In this document: in pieces, positions 19,190 to 28,649 of the stretch
Layout of the letters: every line of letters begins with the position of its first letter
Position numbering within the stretch: the stretch's first letter is position 1
DNA from: an uncultured Acidobacteriaceae bacterium
GTDB lineage: Bacteria > Acidobacteriota > Terriglobia > Terriglobales > Acidobacteriaceae
Reading direction: 5' to 3'
DNA length: 64,000 nucleotides
Assembly (NCBI GenBank): GCA_963838315.1
Contig: CAWIQW010000021.1
Location: 72,561-136,560, forward strand
Made by a program: the position numbers and the translations under genes
The notes under the pieces: model-generated
What the model was told of the DNA's origin: nothing
Seen by the model: the letters and a program-made list of their open reading frames with translations, nothing else
Database searches by the model: none

Positions 19190-20590
19190 ATGTCGATATC
19201 ACCATTGAAGGTCCCGCGACTCATCCTGATGTCAGTCCTCACCGCTGGGGTGATCGGCATCCTCGGCGTCGCTGCCGCAGCGCAGCAGCAGCACATCACT
19301 GGCTCTTTTTCCGATGGCGCCACCTACGTGATCGACTACCCGGCGAACTGGAACGGCAGTCTTGTTCTTTACAGCCACGGCTATGTCGCGCCCGGATCGC
19401 CCAACCCGGCCTACGATTATGGCGATGGCGACACGGCTTACTACCTGTTTGTTCAGGGATATGCGTTTGCCGGCTCCTCCTACGCGAGCACCGGTTGGGC
19501 TGTGCAGCAGGCCATTCCTGACCAGATAGCAACCCTCGAGGTTTTTGTGAGCCTGTTCGGCACGCCCACCACGACCATCGCCTGGGGACATTCCATGGGC
19601 GGTCTGATCACGGCTGCGCTTGTCCAACAGTATCCGGCACGCTTCAATGCGGCGCTCCCCATGTGCGGAGTCGTGGCCGGCAGCGTTGGCTTCTGGAATG
19701 AGGCCCTGGACGCCGCCTTTGCCTTCAACACACTCTTGGCGGGCAACTCGCTGCAAGTGGTCGACATTGCGAACCCGGCGCAGAATTACGATAACGCCGC
19801 AGCATTCCTGGCCGCAGCTCAGGCAACCCCGCAAGGACGCGCCAGAGTTGCACTGGTGGCCGCGCTGGACGATATCCCGGGCTGGTTTGATCCCTCTTCC
19901 CCCGAGCCGGCCCCCACCGACTACGCTACCCGGGAAACAAATCAGTTTTACTGGCTTGCCTATTCAGATTTTCTTTTTGCGTTCGACCTCCGCGCGGAAT
20001 TGGAAGGGCGCGCCGGAGGCAATCCTTCGTTCAACTCGGCCACAAACTACGCCATGCAACTTCAGCATTCGGCCGATTACGCCGAAGTCCAGGCTTTATA
20101 TTCCGCGGCCGGACTGAACCTGAACGCCGACCTCGCGACGTTGAAAAAGGCCCAGCGTATTAATGCGGATCCGGGCGCGTTGAGTTACCTGACCGATAAC
20201 ATCATCTTCGATGGCCAGATCCATGTGCCCGTGCTCACGATGCACACGACCGGCGACGGTCTGGTTCCGGTCGAAGACGAGCAGGCATATTCGAAAGCAG
20301 TGAGTGAGGCCCACGATAGCGCATTCTTGAAGGAGATCTTCGTCCACCGTGCGGGACACTGCGAATTTACTCCCGCAGAAACCATCACTGCGTTCGAGAC
20401 GATCCTGACCCGTCTCAAGACCGGCAAATGGGAGAAACTTGCAGCCCCGCAACTGAACGGTGAAGCGCTCGGCCTCGGCTCCACGTACAACGTGCTCGAC
20501 ATCAACGGATCGCTCGTCGACACGGCGCCGGAATTCCTGACGTACCAGCCCCCGCAGTTTTTGCGAATTTACGATACTTTCACGCAGTAG
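19190..20590 (+). CDS. secreted alpha/beta-hydrolase-fold protein
   Basis: CAGGAGA RBS and a signal peptide. Nucleophile elbow GHSMGG, with candidate Asp (HTTGDGLVP) and His (RAGHCEF). Confidence 0.7.
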   Translation: MSISPLKVPRLILMSVLTAGVIGILGVAAAAQQQHITGSFSDGATYVIDYPANWNGSLVLYSHGYVAPGSPNPAYDYGDGDTAYYLFVQGYAFAGSSYASTGWAVQQAIPDQIATLEVFVSLFGTPTTTIAWGHSMGGLITAALVQQYPARFNAALPMCGVVAGSVGFWNEALDAAFAFNTLLAGNSLQVVDIANPAQNYDNAAAFLAAAQATPQGRARVALVAALDDIPGWFDPSSPEPAPTDYATRETNQFYWLAYSDFLFAFDLRAELEGRAGGNPSFNSATNYAMQLQHSADYAEVQALYSAAGLNLNADLATLKKAQRINADPGALSYLTDNIIFDGQIHVPVLTMHTTGDGLVPVEDEQAYSKAVSEAHDSAFLKEIFVHRAGHCEFTPAETITAFETILTRLKTGKWEKLAAPQLNGEALGLGSTYNVLDINGSLVDTAPEFLTYQPPQFLRIYDTFTQ

Positions 20591-20645
20591 CGGGCTGGCG
20601 GATTTCCTCGAACTGATGGCGCGACGTGAAGCAGTAGGGGCCGTG

Positions 20646-21842
20646 CTACACCGGCGTCGCCGTCTTCCTCTTTGGATTAAAGAACGGCAGCGGCACCACC
20701 GTCGCAGTAGTCTTCCGGCGCTGCGCCTCGATCGTCAATTCCATCTGAAGTTTTGTTCCGTTCTTTGCATACTCCGTGCTCACGCTGGCGAGCGCGATCA
20801 ACTTCTTCAACAGCGGAGAAAACGCCGTCGTAGTAGCCTTCCCCGCCTGCTTATCGCCCGAGTAAACCGGAACCGCCACCCGCGACGCCTGGCTGGGTGC
20901 GGCCGGAGACAGTCCGAATTTGTCGAACTGCTCTTCCACTTCCACCCAATCGACTTCCAGACCGACCAACTGCCGAGCTACTCCCTGCTTGTTGTCCCGC
21001 GCCAGGGCGCGCTTGCCGATGAAGTTCTCTTTATCGAGATGCACCATTTTTCCGAAGCCCAATTCATAAGGCGAATATTTCTGCGACGCGATCAGCGCCT
21101 TCTTCGAACTGATGTAATCGACTTCAATCAGCAGAAGCCCGGCCTCGACGCGCGACACATCCAGCGCCAGCATACCGGCCGCGTGAATGTCGAACTGCTT
21201 TCCTTTGTCCATCAACGCGTCCCAGACCTTCACCGCTTCGTTCCACGGAATCCAGATCTCATAGCCGAGATCGCCCGTGTATCCGGTGCGTGAAATATCG
21301 ACGGGAACGCTCGCGATCTTGCCACTCGTCTTGCGGAAATACTTCAGGTTGGCGATGTCAGCATCGGCAACCGTCTTCAGCAGTTTCGCTGATGCCGGAC
21401 CCTGCAGCGCGAGCGCCGCAGTCTGCTCCGAAATGTCGTCGATCTGGACATCCATGTTCAGGCCATTCTGTCGGAACCAGCGCAAGCTGGGATCGGCCGC
21501 TGTCCAGCGATATTTATTTTCTTCGAGGCGTGTGATTGTTCCATCGTCAATGACCTTGCCTTCTTCGTCGCACCAGCAGGCATAAATCACTTGCCCCACA
21601 GCCACTTTGCCAATGTCCCGCGTGATCACGCGATTGACAAGCTTGGTCGCATCTTTCCCCGTGATCAGGTATTTGTAGAGCGGCGAGATGTCGATCAGCG
21701 CGCAGGCATTGCGGATCGCGTTGTACTCGTGCTCGTGGTGCACCTCGTACACGCTGACCGTGTAATACCCTGACCACTCGCGGTAATTCAGGCTCTGGCA
21801 GAGCGCAAACGTTCTCTCGTGAAAAGCGGTTCCGATAGGCAC
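20646..21842 (-). CDS. aminomethyltransferase (GcvT) family protein, THF-dependent
   Basis: GcvT-like sequence throughout (NACALIDISPLYKYLITGKDA..., QGPASAKLL, GYTGDLGYEIW). GTG 21842 with GAGG upstream is preferred over the TTG at 21980. Confidence 0.85.
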   Translation of the reverse strand: MPIGTAFHERTFALCQSLNYREWSGYYTVSVYEVHHEHEYNAIRNACALIDISPLYKYLITGKDATKLVNRVITRDIGKVAVGQVIYACWCDEEGKVIDDGTITRLEENKYRWTAADPSLRWFRQNGLNMDVQIDDISEQTAALALQGPASAKLLKTVADADIANLKYFRKTSGKIASVPVDISRTGYTGDLGYEIWIPWNEAVKVWDALMDKGKQFDIHAAGMLALDVSRVEAGLLLIEVDYISSKKALIASQKYSPYELGFGKMVHLDKENFIGKRALARDNKQGVARQLVGLEVDWVEVEEQFDKFGLSPAAPSQASRVAVPVYSGDKQAGKATTTAFSPLLKKLIALASVSTEYAKNGTKLQMELTIEAQRRKTTATVVPLPFFNPKRKTATPV

Positions 21843-22099
21843 GGCGATCCTCGCTCTAAGTCTCCCTGTGTGTTCCTCGAAATCCCGAGTCAGTCTCACC
21901 TCTCGGCGAGACACGGAACGCAATAAGGAATACGAAATCCCGAAGGCTGGATTATATGCAGCGGCATTGGCGCGGGGCAAGCCGTGCGTTGCAATGACTG
22001 CGAGTCAGCGATTGCGTGTAAGTGGAGACAAAACGGTAGTTTCTCGATAAAATGACGAGTCACTTTCCGCTGGGCTCACCGCGTAACCTAGGTCAACTT

Positions 22100-23704
22100 A
22101 TGGCAAGCGTTTCGAATGGCAAGAAGTATGACGTTATTGTCGTGGGCGGAGGCCACAACGGCCTCACCAACGCCGCCTACCTGGCGAAAGCGGGAAAGAA
22201 AGTTCTCGTGCTCGAGCGGCGTCACGTGCTCGGCGGCGCGGCCTGCACGGAAGAAGTTTTTCCTGGCTTCCGATTTTCCGTCTGCTCCTATGTCGTCTCG
22301 TTGCTGCGACCGGAAATTATTCGCGACCTCGATCTGCCCCGCCACGGGTTGGAGATCCTGCCGCTCGACGGCACGTTCACTCCCATGCCCAACGGAGACT
22401 ACCTCTGGCGCGTGAACGACCACGGCAAGACCCACCGTGAAATCGCCCGCCACTCGCGCGTCGACGCGGAAGCCTACGACGAGTTCGGTAAAGCGATGCA
22501 GGCCATGTGCCGCTTCGTGAAGCCGATCCTAAGCATGATTCCGCCCGACCCGTCGACTTTGAACCCGAGAGAACTGATGAAGCTGCTTTTTATCGGGCGG
22601 CGTTTTCAGGGCATGTCGAGCGAAGACAAGTACAACCAGGTGCAGTTGATGACCATGAGCGCCATCGACTTCCTCGATCAGTGGTTCGAGACCGACGTGC
22701 TCAAGGCGACCATGTCGGCATCGGGCATTATCGGCACGTTCCTGGGTGTGCGCTCGCCGGGCACGGCTTATGTTTTGCTTCATCACTACATGGGCGAGAT
22801 TGACGGCGCATTCCGTGCCTGGGGATTTGCGCGCGGCGGCACCGGAGCCATCTCCGAAGCAATCGCCGGCGCGGCCCGCGAAGCCGGAGTGGAGATTCGC
22901 ACACAAGCCGCCATCGCCAGAATCATGGTGAAGAACGGACGCGCTTATGGCGTGGCCCTGGCCAACGGCGACGAGATCTTGGCCGACGTGATTTCCTCCA
23001 GTGTCGATCCCCGCCTGACCTTCACCAAAATGATCGAGCCCGGCCACCTGCCCGATGAATTCATGGAAGGCGTCCGGCGCTACAAGTTTCGTGGCTCGTC
23101 CGGAAAAGTAAACATGGCGCTCGACGGCCTGCCCAATTTCAAATGCATGCCCGGCGTCGGCGCGCACCTGCGCGGCGCGATGTCGATTTCACCCAGCGTC
23201 GAGTACATGGAGAAAGCCTACGACGAGGCCAAGTATGGCCACTGGTCGTCCAATCCATACATCGACATGGTGATTCCGACTCTTACCGATACGTCGCTCG
23301 CGCCGCCGGGAAAACATATTCTCTCCTGCTTCGTGCAGTACGCGCCTTACAAACTGGCGCCCGGCCTCGACTGGGACACGGAGAAAGAAAAATTCGGCGA
23401 TAACGTAGTCAACACCATCGCGCAATATGCGCCCAATATCAAAGACATCATCCTGCATCGCCAGGTCGTGACCCCGCTCGATCTGGAGCGCGAGTGGGGA
23501 CTGAGCGAGGGCAATATTTTTCAGGGTGAGCTCTCGCTCGAGCAATTATTCTTCCTGCGGCCCGTGGCGGGATGGGCTCAGTTCCGGTCGCCCATCAAGA
23601 ATTTATACATGTGCGGATCGGCCACGCATCCCGGCGGAGGAATCATGGGCGCTCCCGGCCGTCTGGCTGCTCTCGAAATTCTCAAAGACGGGAAGGCCGC
23701 ATAA
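22100..23704 (+). CDS. FAD-dependent oxidoreductase, phytoene-desaturase (CrtI)/PYROXD2-like family
   Basis: KYDVIVVGGGHNGL dinucleotide-binding motif and the C-terminal CGSATHPGGGIMGAPG motif typical of COG1233 proteins. Confidence 0.85.
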   Translation: MASVSNGKKYDVIVVGGGHNGLTNAAYLAKAGKKVLVLERRHVLGGAACTEEVFPGFRFSVCSYVVSLLRPEIIRDLDLPRHGLEILPLDGTFTPMPNGDYLWRVNDHGKTHREIARHSRVDAEAYDEFGKAMQAMCRFVKPILSMIPPDPSTLNPRELMKLLFIGRRFQGMSSEDKYNQVQLMTMSAIDFLDQWFETDVLKATMSASGIIGTFLGVRSPGTAYVLLHHYMGEIDGAFRAWGFARGGTGAISEAIAGAAREAGVEIRTQAAIARIMVKNGRAYGVALANGDEILADVISSSVDPRLTFTKMIEPGHLPDEFMEGVRRYKFRGSSGKVNMALDGLPNFKCMPGVGAHLRGAMSISPSVEYMEKAYDEAKYGHWSSNPYIDMVIPTLTDTSLAPPGKHILSCFVQYAPYKLAPGLDWDTEKEKFGDNVVNTIAQYAPNIKDIILHRQVVTPLDLEREWGLSEGNIFQGELSLEQLFFLRPVAGWAQFRSPIKNLYMCGSATHPGGGIMGAPGRLAALEILKDGKAA

Positions 23705-23707
23705 CTC

Positions 23708-25297
23708 ATGGCCAAGACGTGCGACATCCTCATCGTCGGTGGCGGACACAACGGTCTGGTCACGGCCTTCTACCTGGCCAAGGCGGGATTCAAGCCGCTC
23801 GTTCTCGAAGGCCGCGCGCAAGTCGGTGGATGCGCCATCACCGACGAATTTCATCCCGGCTTCCGCTGCTCCACCCTCGCCCATAATACCGGCCCACTTC
23901 ATCCGGGTGTGATGCGCGATATGCAATTGGCGCGTCACGGCCTGAAACTGGTCACGCCCGAAGTCAACACCGTGTCGTTGACTCCGGATGGCCGGGCGCT
24001 CGTTTTATATTCCGATGCAAAGAAAGCCGCGCAGGAAATCGCGCATTGGTCGGCCAAAGACGCCACAGCATACGGAGACTTCGGCGCCGCTCTCGCCAAG
24101 ATTGGCAAGGTCATCGGCGAGGCGCTCGCGCTAACTCCGCCTAATATCGACAATCCCTCCAGCGGCGATCTCTGGGGAATGCTCAAGACGGGCCGATCCG
24201 CCCACAATCTCGGCAAGAAGGATTTGTATCGCGTTCTGCGCTGGGGGCCGATGGCCGTCGCGGACCTCGTCGCCGAATTCTTCGACACCGAGCCCCTGCG
24301 CGCCACCATCGCCGCGCGCGGAATCTTCGGAACGTTTCTGGGCCCGTGGTCAGCGGGTAGCGCCCTGGTGCTTCTGTTGCGTGCCGCCGCCGATCCAAGT
24401 CCCGCCGGCGGAGTTCAGTTCCCTGTCGGAGGCGCAGGAGCAATCACCAAAGCAATGGCCGCGGCGGCTATGGAAGCCGGCGCGGAGATTCGCACGGACG
24501 CGGCGGTTGCAGAAATTCGCGTGAAAGACGGAGTCGCCACCGGTGTGGTCCTCAGTTCGGGAGAAGAAATTTACGCCAAGGCCGTCGTGTCGAACGCCGA
24601 CCCGAAGCGCACTCTCATGCGACTCGTCGATCCTGCCCACCTAACCCCTGACTTCGTACAGAAGATCAAGAACTACCGCTCGCTGGGAACGGTCGCAAAA
24701 ATCAATCTGGCCCTCTCAGCGCTTCCCGAGTTCCCCGCACTCAAGGCAAAGGGCAATGGCAATCTGCTTCAGGGCCGCATTCAGATCGGCCCCGAGATCG
24801 ACTACCTGGAGCGCGCTTTCGACGAATCCAAGTATGGCAATTTTTCGCGCGCGCCTTACCTTGAAATCGCGTTCCCCTCTCTCTCTGATCCCTCGCTCGC
24901 TCCCGCGGGAAAGCATTTAATGTCCGTTTACATGCAGTACGCTCCTTACAACTTGAAGAACGGCGACTGGGAAACGCAGCGCAGCGCGCTCGGCGAAACC
25001 GTAGTCAAGACGATCGCGCAATACGCGCCCAATCTTTCGCAAGTCGTCCTCCACCAGCAGATCATCACCCCGAAAGATCTCGAAGAGACGTACGGACTCA
25101 CCGGTGGACAGATCTTCCACGGCGAACTGGCGCTGGATCAGTTCTTCACCATGCGCCCCCTGCTCGACTGGGCGCGCTACAAAACGCCAATTGACCGCCT
25201 CTTCCTCTGCGGAAACGGCACGCATCCGGGAACTGGGCTGACCGGAGGCTCAGGGGTGAACGCCGCACGGGAAATATTGAGAGCGCTGAAGAAGTAG
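23708..25297 (+). CDS. FAD-dependent oxidoreductase, CrtI/PYROXD2-like (tandem paralogue)
   Basis: CDILIVGGGHNGL and CGNGTHPGTGLTGGSG. It is collinear with the upstream paralogue and starts 4 nt after its stop. Confidence 0.85.
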   Translation: MAKTCDILIVGGGHNGLVTAFYLAKAGFKPLVLEGRAQVGGCAITDEFHPGFRCSTLAHNTGPLHPGVMRDMQLARHGLKLVTPEVNTVSLTPDGRALVLYSDAKKAAQEIAHWSAKDATAYGDFGAALAKIGKVIGEALALTPPNIDNPSSGDLWGMLKTGRSAHNLGKKDLYRVLRWGPMAVADLVAEFFDTEPLRATIAARGIFGTFLGPWSAGSALVLLLRAAADPSPAGGVQFPVGGAGAITKAMAAAAMEAGAEIRTDAAVAEIRVKDGVATGVVLSSGEEIYAKAVVSNADPKRTLMRLVDPAHLTPDFVQKIKNYRSLGTVAKINLALSALPEFPALKAKGNGNLLQGRIQIGPEIDYLERAFDESKYGNFSRAPYLEIAFPSLSDPSLAPAGKHLMSVYMQYAPYNLKNGDWETQRSALGETVVKTIAQYAPNLSQVVLHQQIITPKDLEETYGLTGGQIFHGELALDQFFTMRPLLDWARYKTPIDRLFLCGNGTHPGTGLTGGSGVNAAREILRALKK

Positions 25298-25405
25298 GCC
25301 CGCATCAAGCCGCCCGCCCGCGGGCCTCTAGCATCGCAGCCCGTTACTATAGAAACTCCCCCCGCGATCGATGCACCGCACCGTGGCGCTACACTCAGAT
25401 TATCT

Positions 25406-26263
25406 ATGCACAATTCCGCCATTCTCCTCGTCTCCTGTCCCGATCGCAAAGGTGTGGTCGCCTCGATTTCGGATTTCATCTTCCGGCACAACGGCAACAT
25501 CCTCTCCAACGACGAGCACGGAGACGAAGAATCCAATCTCTTCCTCACTCGCGTCGAGTTCGACACATCGGCGTTCGCTTTCGATGTCTCGGAATTCGCC
25601 CAACGCTTCGCCCCCATCGCGCGCGATTTTCAAATGGACTGGCGGCTGGCGCGCTCTTCAGACCGGCCACGCATCGCCATCTTCGTGTCCAAGTACGATC
25701 ACTGCCTGCAGGACCTGCTTTATCGGCACCAGAGCGGCGACCTGCACTGCGACATCTCGCTGATCGTATCCAACCATCCGGACAATCAACGCATTGCCGA
25801 CTTCTACCATGTCCCTTATGTTTTCCTGCCCGTCACCAAAGAGAACAAGCGCGAGATGGAGCAGAAGCAGATTGCCCTGCTGCGCGAACACCAATGCGCT
25901 CTCGTCGTGCTGGCCCGCTACATGCAGATTCTTTCCGAGGAGTTCATCTCCAGCATAGGCTCACCCAACATCGTCAATATCCACCATTCCTTTCTGCCAG
26001 CGTTCGTTGGTGGAAAGCCCTACCATCAGGCCTTTCAGCGCGGGGTGAAGCTGATTGGCGCGACCGCTCACTACGTCACTCATATCCTCGACGACGGTCC
26101 CATCATCGAACAGGACGTCGTCCGCATCTACCATCGCGACACCGTCGAAGATCTCGTCCGCAAGGGCCGCGACATCGAAAAGGTTGTGCTTTCGCGAGCC
26201 GTCCGGTGGCATGTGGAAAATCGTGTGCTGCTTTATGGCACACGCACTGTAGTATTTCAATGA
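25406..26263 (+). CDS. purU: formyltetrahydrofolate deformylase
   Basis: N-terminal ACT domain (AILLVSCPDRKGVVASISDFI) plus a formyltransferase domain (NIHHSFLPAFVGGKPYHQA, ATAHYV). Confidence 0.92.
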   Translation: MHNSAILLVSCPDRKGVVASISDFIFRHNGNILSNDEHGDEESNLFLTRVEFDTSAFAFDVSEFAQRFAPIARDFQMDWRLARSSDRPRIAIFVSKYDHCLQDLLYRHQSGDLHCDISLIVSNHPDNQRIADFYHVPYVFLPVTKENKREMEQKQIALLREHQCALVVLARYMQILSEEFISSIGSPNIVNIHHSFLPAFVGGKPYHQAFQRGVKLIGATAHYVTHILDDGPIIEQDVVRIYHRDTVEDLVRKGRDIEKVVLSRAVRWHVENRVLLYGTRTVVFQ

Positions 26264-26420
26264 TCCGGGCCCGAAACCGCTGTCTGGCAAGGGAAGCCGC
26301 CCGTCGGGGCGGTACGTTCACCTCCGTAACCGACTAACCAATTGCGCGACCCTGCGCTTTCGGTTTTACTTAAAACGCCATTTTTTTGACCGGATTGGCC
26401 GGTTCCAAAGGAGCGTACTT

Positions 26421-27281
26421 TTGGTTGAAGACCCCCGATGGGAGCTAGCTCTGCTGGCCACCGTGCAGGCCTTTTACCAGCGGCTACTCAGCGAACAGAT
26501 TGGCGGACCGCTTCCCACCCCTGCGGAATTGACCCGCGACGCGCTGAGCCAGGCTAAGGACGTTCGTTCGACGCTCCAGAAGATGCACCTGTGGAATCAG
26601 TTGCTCGACATGGCCATCACTCCCGCCATGCTGCGTTTGGGAATGACATCCGACCTCGATGCGGAAGTGGCCGAGGCTCTGCTGCGCTATTTCGCGCGCC
26701 ATCGTGACGACTCGGCGGCCAACCGCGACAAAACCGACCTCGTCGCGACTTTCCTCTATCGTCACCCGCGTGTGCCTGGCCAGTGGGCGCGGCACGGTTA
26801 TGGCCTGGACGGGTCCATTCCACTCTCCCCGCTGGAAATTGCGCTTCTCGAAATTCTGTCCGAGTCTGACGTTCCCGAACTCTCGGAGCTGGACGTGCAG
26901 CTATTGCGCGAATTTGACCCTCTGCTCGAGCAGGCAAATCGCTTTCAGGATTTCACGGAACTCATGGACTCGGGCATCATCTCAAGGGTTCGTGAACTGA
27001 AGGCGGCACTGGGCGAGTCGATTTATCATCCCGGAGTTTTAGCTACGCTCGCTCCTTACAACGCCGCGTTCGGCGATCGTTTTCACACCCTGTTCGCTGC
27101 CGCTGCCGACGAGATCAGGAATTTCGCAGGGCAGCTCGAACAAGTCGGCGGCAGCATTCTCACTACCCTTGAAGGAGTCGAAGATTACGGTCGATCACGT
27201 TGCCGCGTTCGGATGAGAAAACCCTGCTGCAAGTCGATTACGTTGCGGCCCTGGAAAAATTTCGCCGCGTTTCACGTCTGA
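26421..27281 (+). CDS. hypothetical protein, N-terminal part of an apparently frameshifted gene
   Basis: AAGGAG lies 7 nt before TTG 26421. The sequence is plausible up to ...TTLEGVE (about 27182), then a Cys/Arg-rich nonsense tail. Confidence 0.5.
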   Translation: MVEDPRWELALLATVQAFYQRLLSEQIGGPLPTPAELTRDALSQAKDVRSTLQKMHLWNQLLDMAITPAMLRLGMTSDLDAEVAEALLRYFARHRDDSAANRDKTDLVATFLYRHPRVPGQWARHGYGLDGSIPLSPLEIALLEILSESDVPELSELDVQLLREFDPLLEQANRFQDFTELMDSGIISRVRELKAALGESIYHPGVLATLAPYNAAFGDRFHTLFAAAADEIRNFAGQLEQVGGSILTTLEGVEDYGRSRCRVRMRKPCCKSITLRPWKNFAAFHV

Positions 27282-27904
27282 AGAAGGAACTCGAGCGCAG
27301 GCCGCCTATTCGTCGCGCACGAACCGCGTCCCAGCCACTGCCTCATGCGGTCGGGGCTGGTGGCGCCGCGGCTGCTCCCGCCCGGGAGGTTTTGTACGCA
27401 CCATCCGCCATCACTCCGCAGGCGTTGTCGTCGGAAGAGACCAAACTCCGCAGAGTGGAAGAATCGATTCGCGTCTTCGTGCGTGTGGCCGATCCCAAAT
27501 GCCGCCAGATCGTCCCCATGCGCTATTTCAATTTGACTCTGAACGAGGCTGAGGTGGAAGCCTACACCGCCGACTATCTCGAACAATCGAGCCCCACCGC
27601 GGATGTCGCCCGCATTTTACTGCGCATGGTCGCCTTGACCGCCCGCCTGACTACCGAGATGCAAGAACTCAGGCGCTCCTCCCATTCCAGCAAGGTGTGG
27701 AAGTTGCACGCCGACTCGCTCGTAATTCTCATCGAAATGGCCACCCGCCTCGCCGAGGTGGCAGGCCGATCTCCCTCGGTCAATGGCAATATCTCACTCG
27801 CCAGAGAAGCCGAAACCACCGCCAGTGGTAGCCCCCTCGCCGCATCTCTCGAAAAGCTGCGTCAGCGCGCTGCCGAAGCAGCCAAGCTGATTCGCGAGAC
27901 GTGA
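27200..27904 (+). CDS. hypothetical protein, C-terminal part of the same gene
   Basis: It has no ATG start, overlaps the upstream ORF by 82 nt in another frame, and reads naturally from DEKTLLQVDYVAALEKF onward. Confidence 0.5.
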   Translation: MPRSDEKTLLQVDYVAALEKFRRVSRLKKELERRPPIRRARTASQPLPHAVGAGGAAAAPAREVLYAPSAITPQALSSEETKLRRVEESIRVFVRVADPKCRQIVPMRYFNLTLNEAEVEAYTADYLEQSSPTADVARILLRMVALTARLTTEMQELRRSSHSSKVWKLHADSLVILIEMATRLAEVAGRSPSVNGNISLAREAETTASGSPLAASLEKLRQRAAEAAKLIRET

Positions 27905-27954
27905 TAAAGCTGACAACCAAAGCGGCGGGACCAACCATGAAATGAGCCCAACTC

Positions 27955-28380
27955 TTAGGGAGTTCGGACTCTTGCCGCGATCGTAGCCCCGAGCATTCGG
28001 AAGTGACCCAGGTTCCAGGTATAGATCTTCGTAGCGCGAGCTTTTAAAGCGCACTGACCCAATAAGGCATCATAGACTGTCCCGCCCACGACGCCTTCAC
28101 TCGCAGCTTCACGAATCGCCTGTCGATACTCTGGGACGTCCAGCGAAATCAACTCCAGTCGTTCCGCGACGGAATCGAGACACAGTAAAGCCTGATCAAC
28201 GCTGAAGCCCAGCTTTCCCGGCAACCGGGTTAGAGTCGCATAGAGTTCCGCAAGGCTGTGCGCTGCGCAACACGCATTGTTGCGGTCGGCACGGGCAAGA
28301 ACGGCAAAACTCTTCTCGTAGTGTTCATGGCCGTCCAGGAAGGACGCGACCAGAACCGACGTGTCGAAAAATGATCTCAA
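27955..28380 (-). CDS. vapC: PIN-domain toxin VapC
   Basis: FFDTSVL (Asp), SLAELY (Glu), TVYDALL (Asp) and TWNLGHF. A 4-nt overlap with the upstream antitoxin gene. Confidence 0.85.
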   Translation of the reverse strand: MRSFFDTSVLVASFLDGHEHYEKSFAVLARADRNNACCAAHSLAELYATLTRLPGKLGFSVDQALLCLDSVAERLELISLDVPEYRQAIREAASEGVVGGTVYDALLGQCALKARATKIYTWNLGHFRMLGATIAARVRTP

Positions 28381-28649
28381 CGCTTCTTACCCAATATTTG
28401 CCGTTCTCGCTCCTTGCGAACCTTGCGGATCGTCTCGTCGACCACGGCAGCCTTCAACGGGCCGGTTCGAAACACCAGGATGCCCTGCCTCTTGTAGGCC
28501 GTCGCATTGCCTCGCACTGGACGCAACACGATGTGATCCTCGAACGATTCCATCTCCAGAGACTCTCCGGGTTCGAGTTGTAACTGCTCGCGAACGGGCT
28601 TGGGGAGCACCAGACGCCCGGCCCGATCGACGCTGAGAATGGCATTCAC
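28377..28649 (-). CDS. vapB: AbrB/SpoVT-type antitoxin VapB
   Basis: (M)NAILSVDRAGRLVLPKPVREQL is a typical looped-hinge-helix N-terminus. GTG start at 28649. Confidence 0.8.
   Translation of the reverse strand: MNAILSVDRAGRLVLPKPVREQLQLEPGESLEMESFEDHIVLRPVRGNATAYKRQGILVFRTGPLKAAVVDETIRKVRKERERQILGKKR

Noticed and set aside
25298-25405. ZTP/THF riboswitch upstream of purU (and a glycine riboswitch upstream of the GcvT-like gene)
   Set aside because: The conserved cores (CCGCCTGGGC for ZTP, ACCGAAGG/CTCTGGAGAG for glycine) are absent in both gaps.
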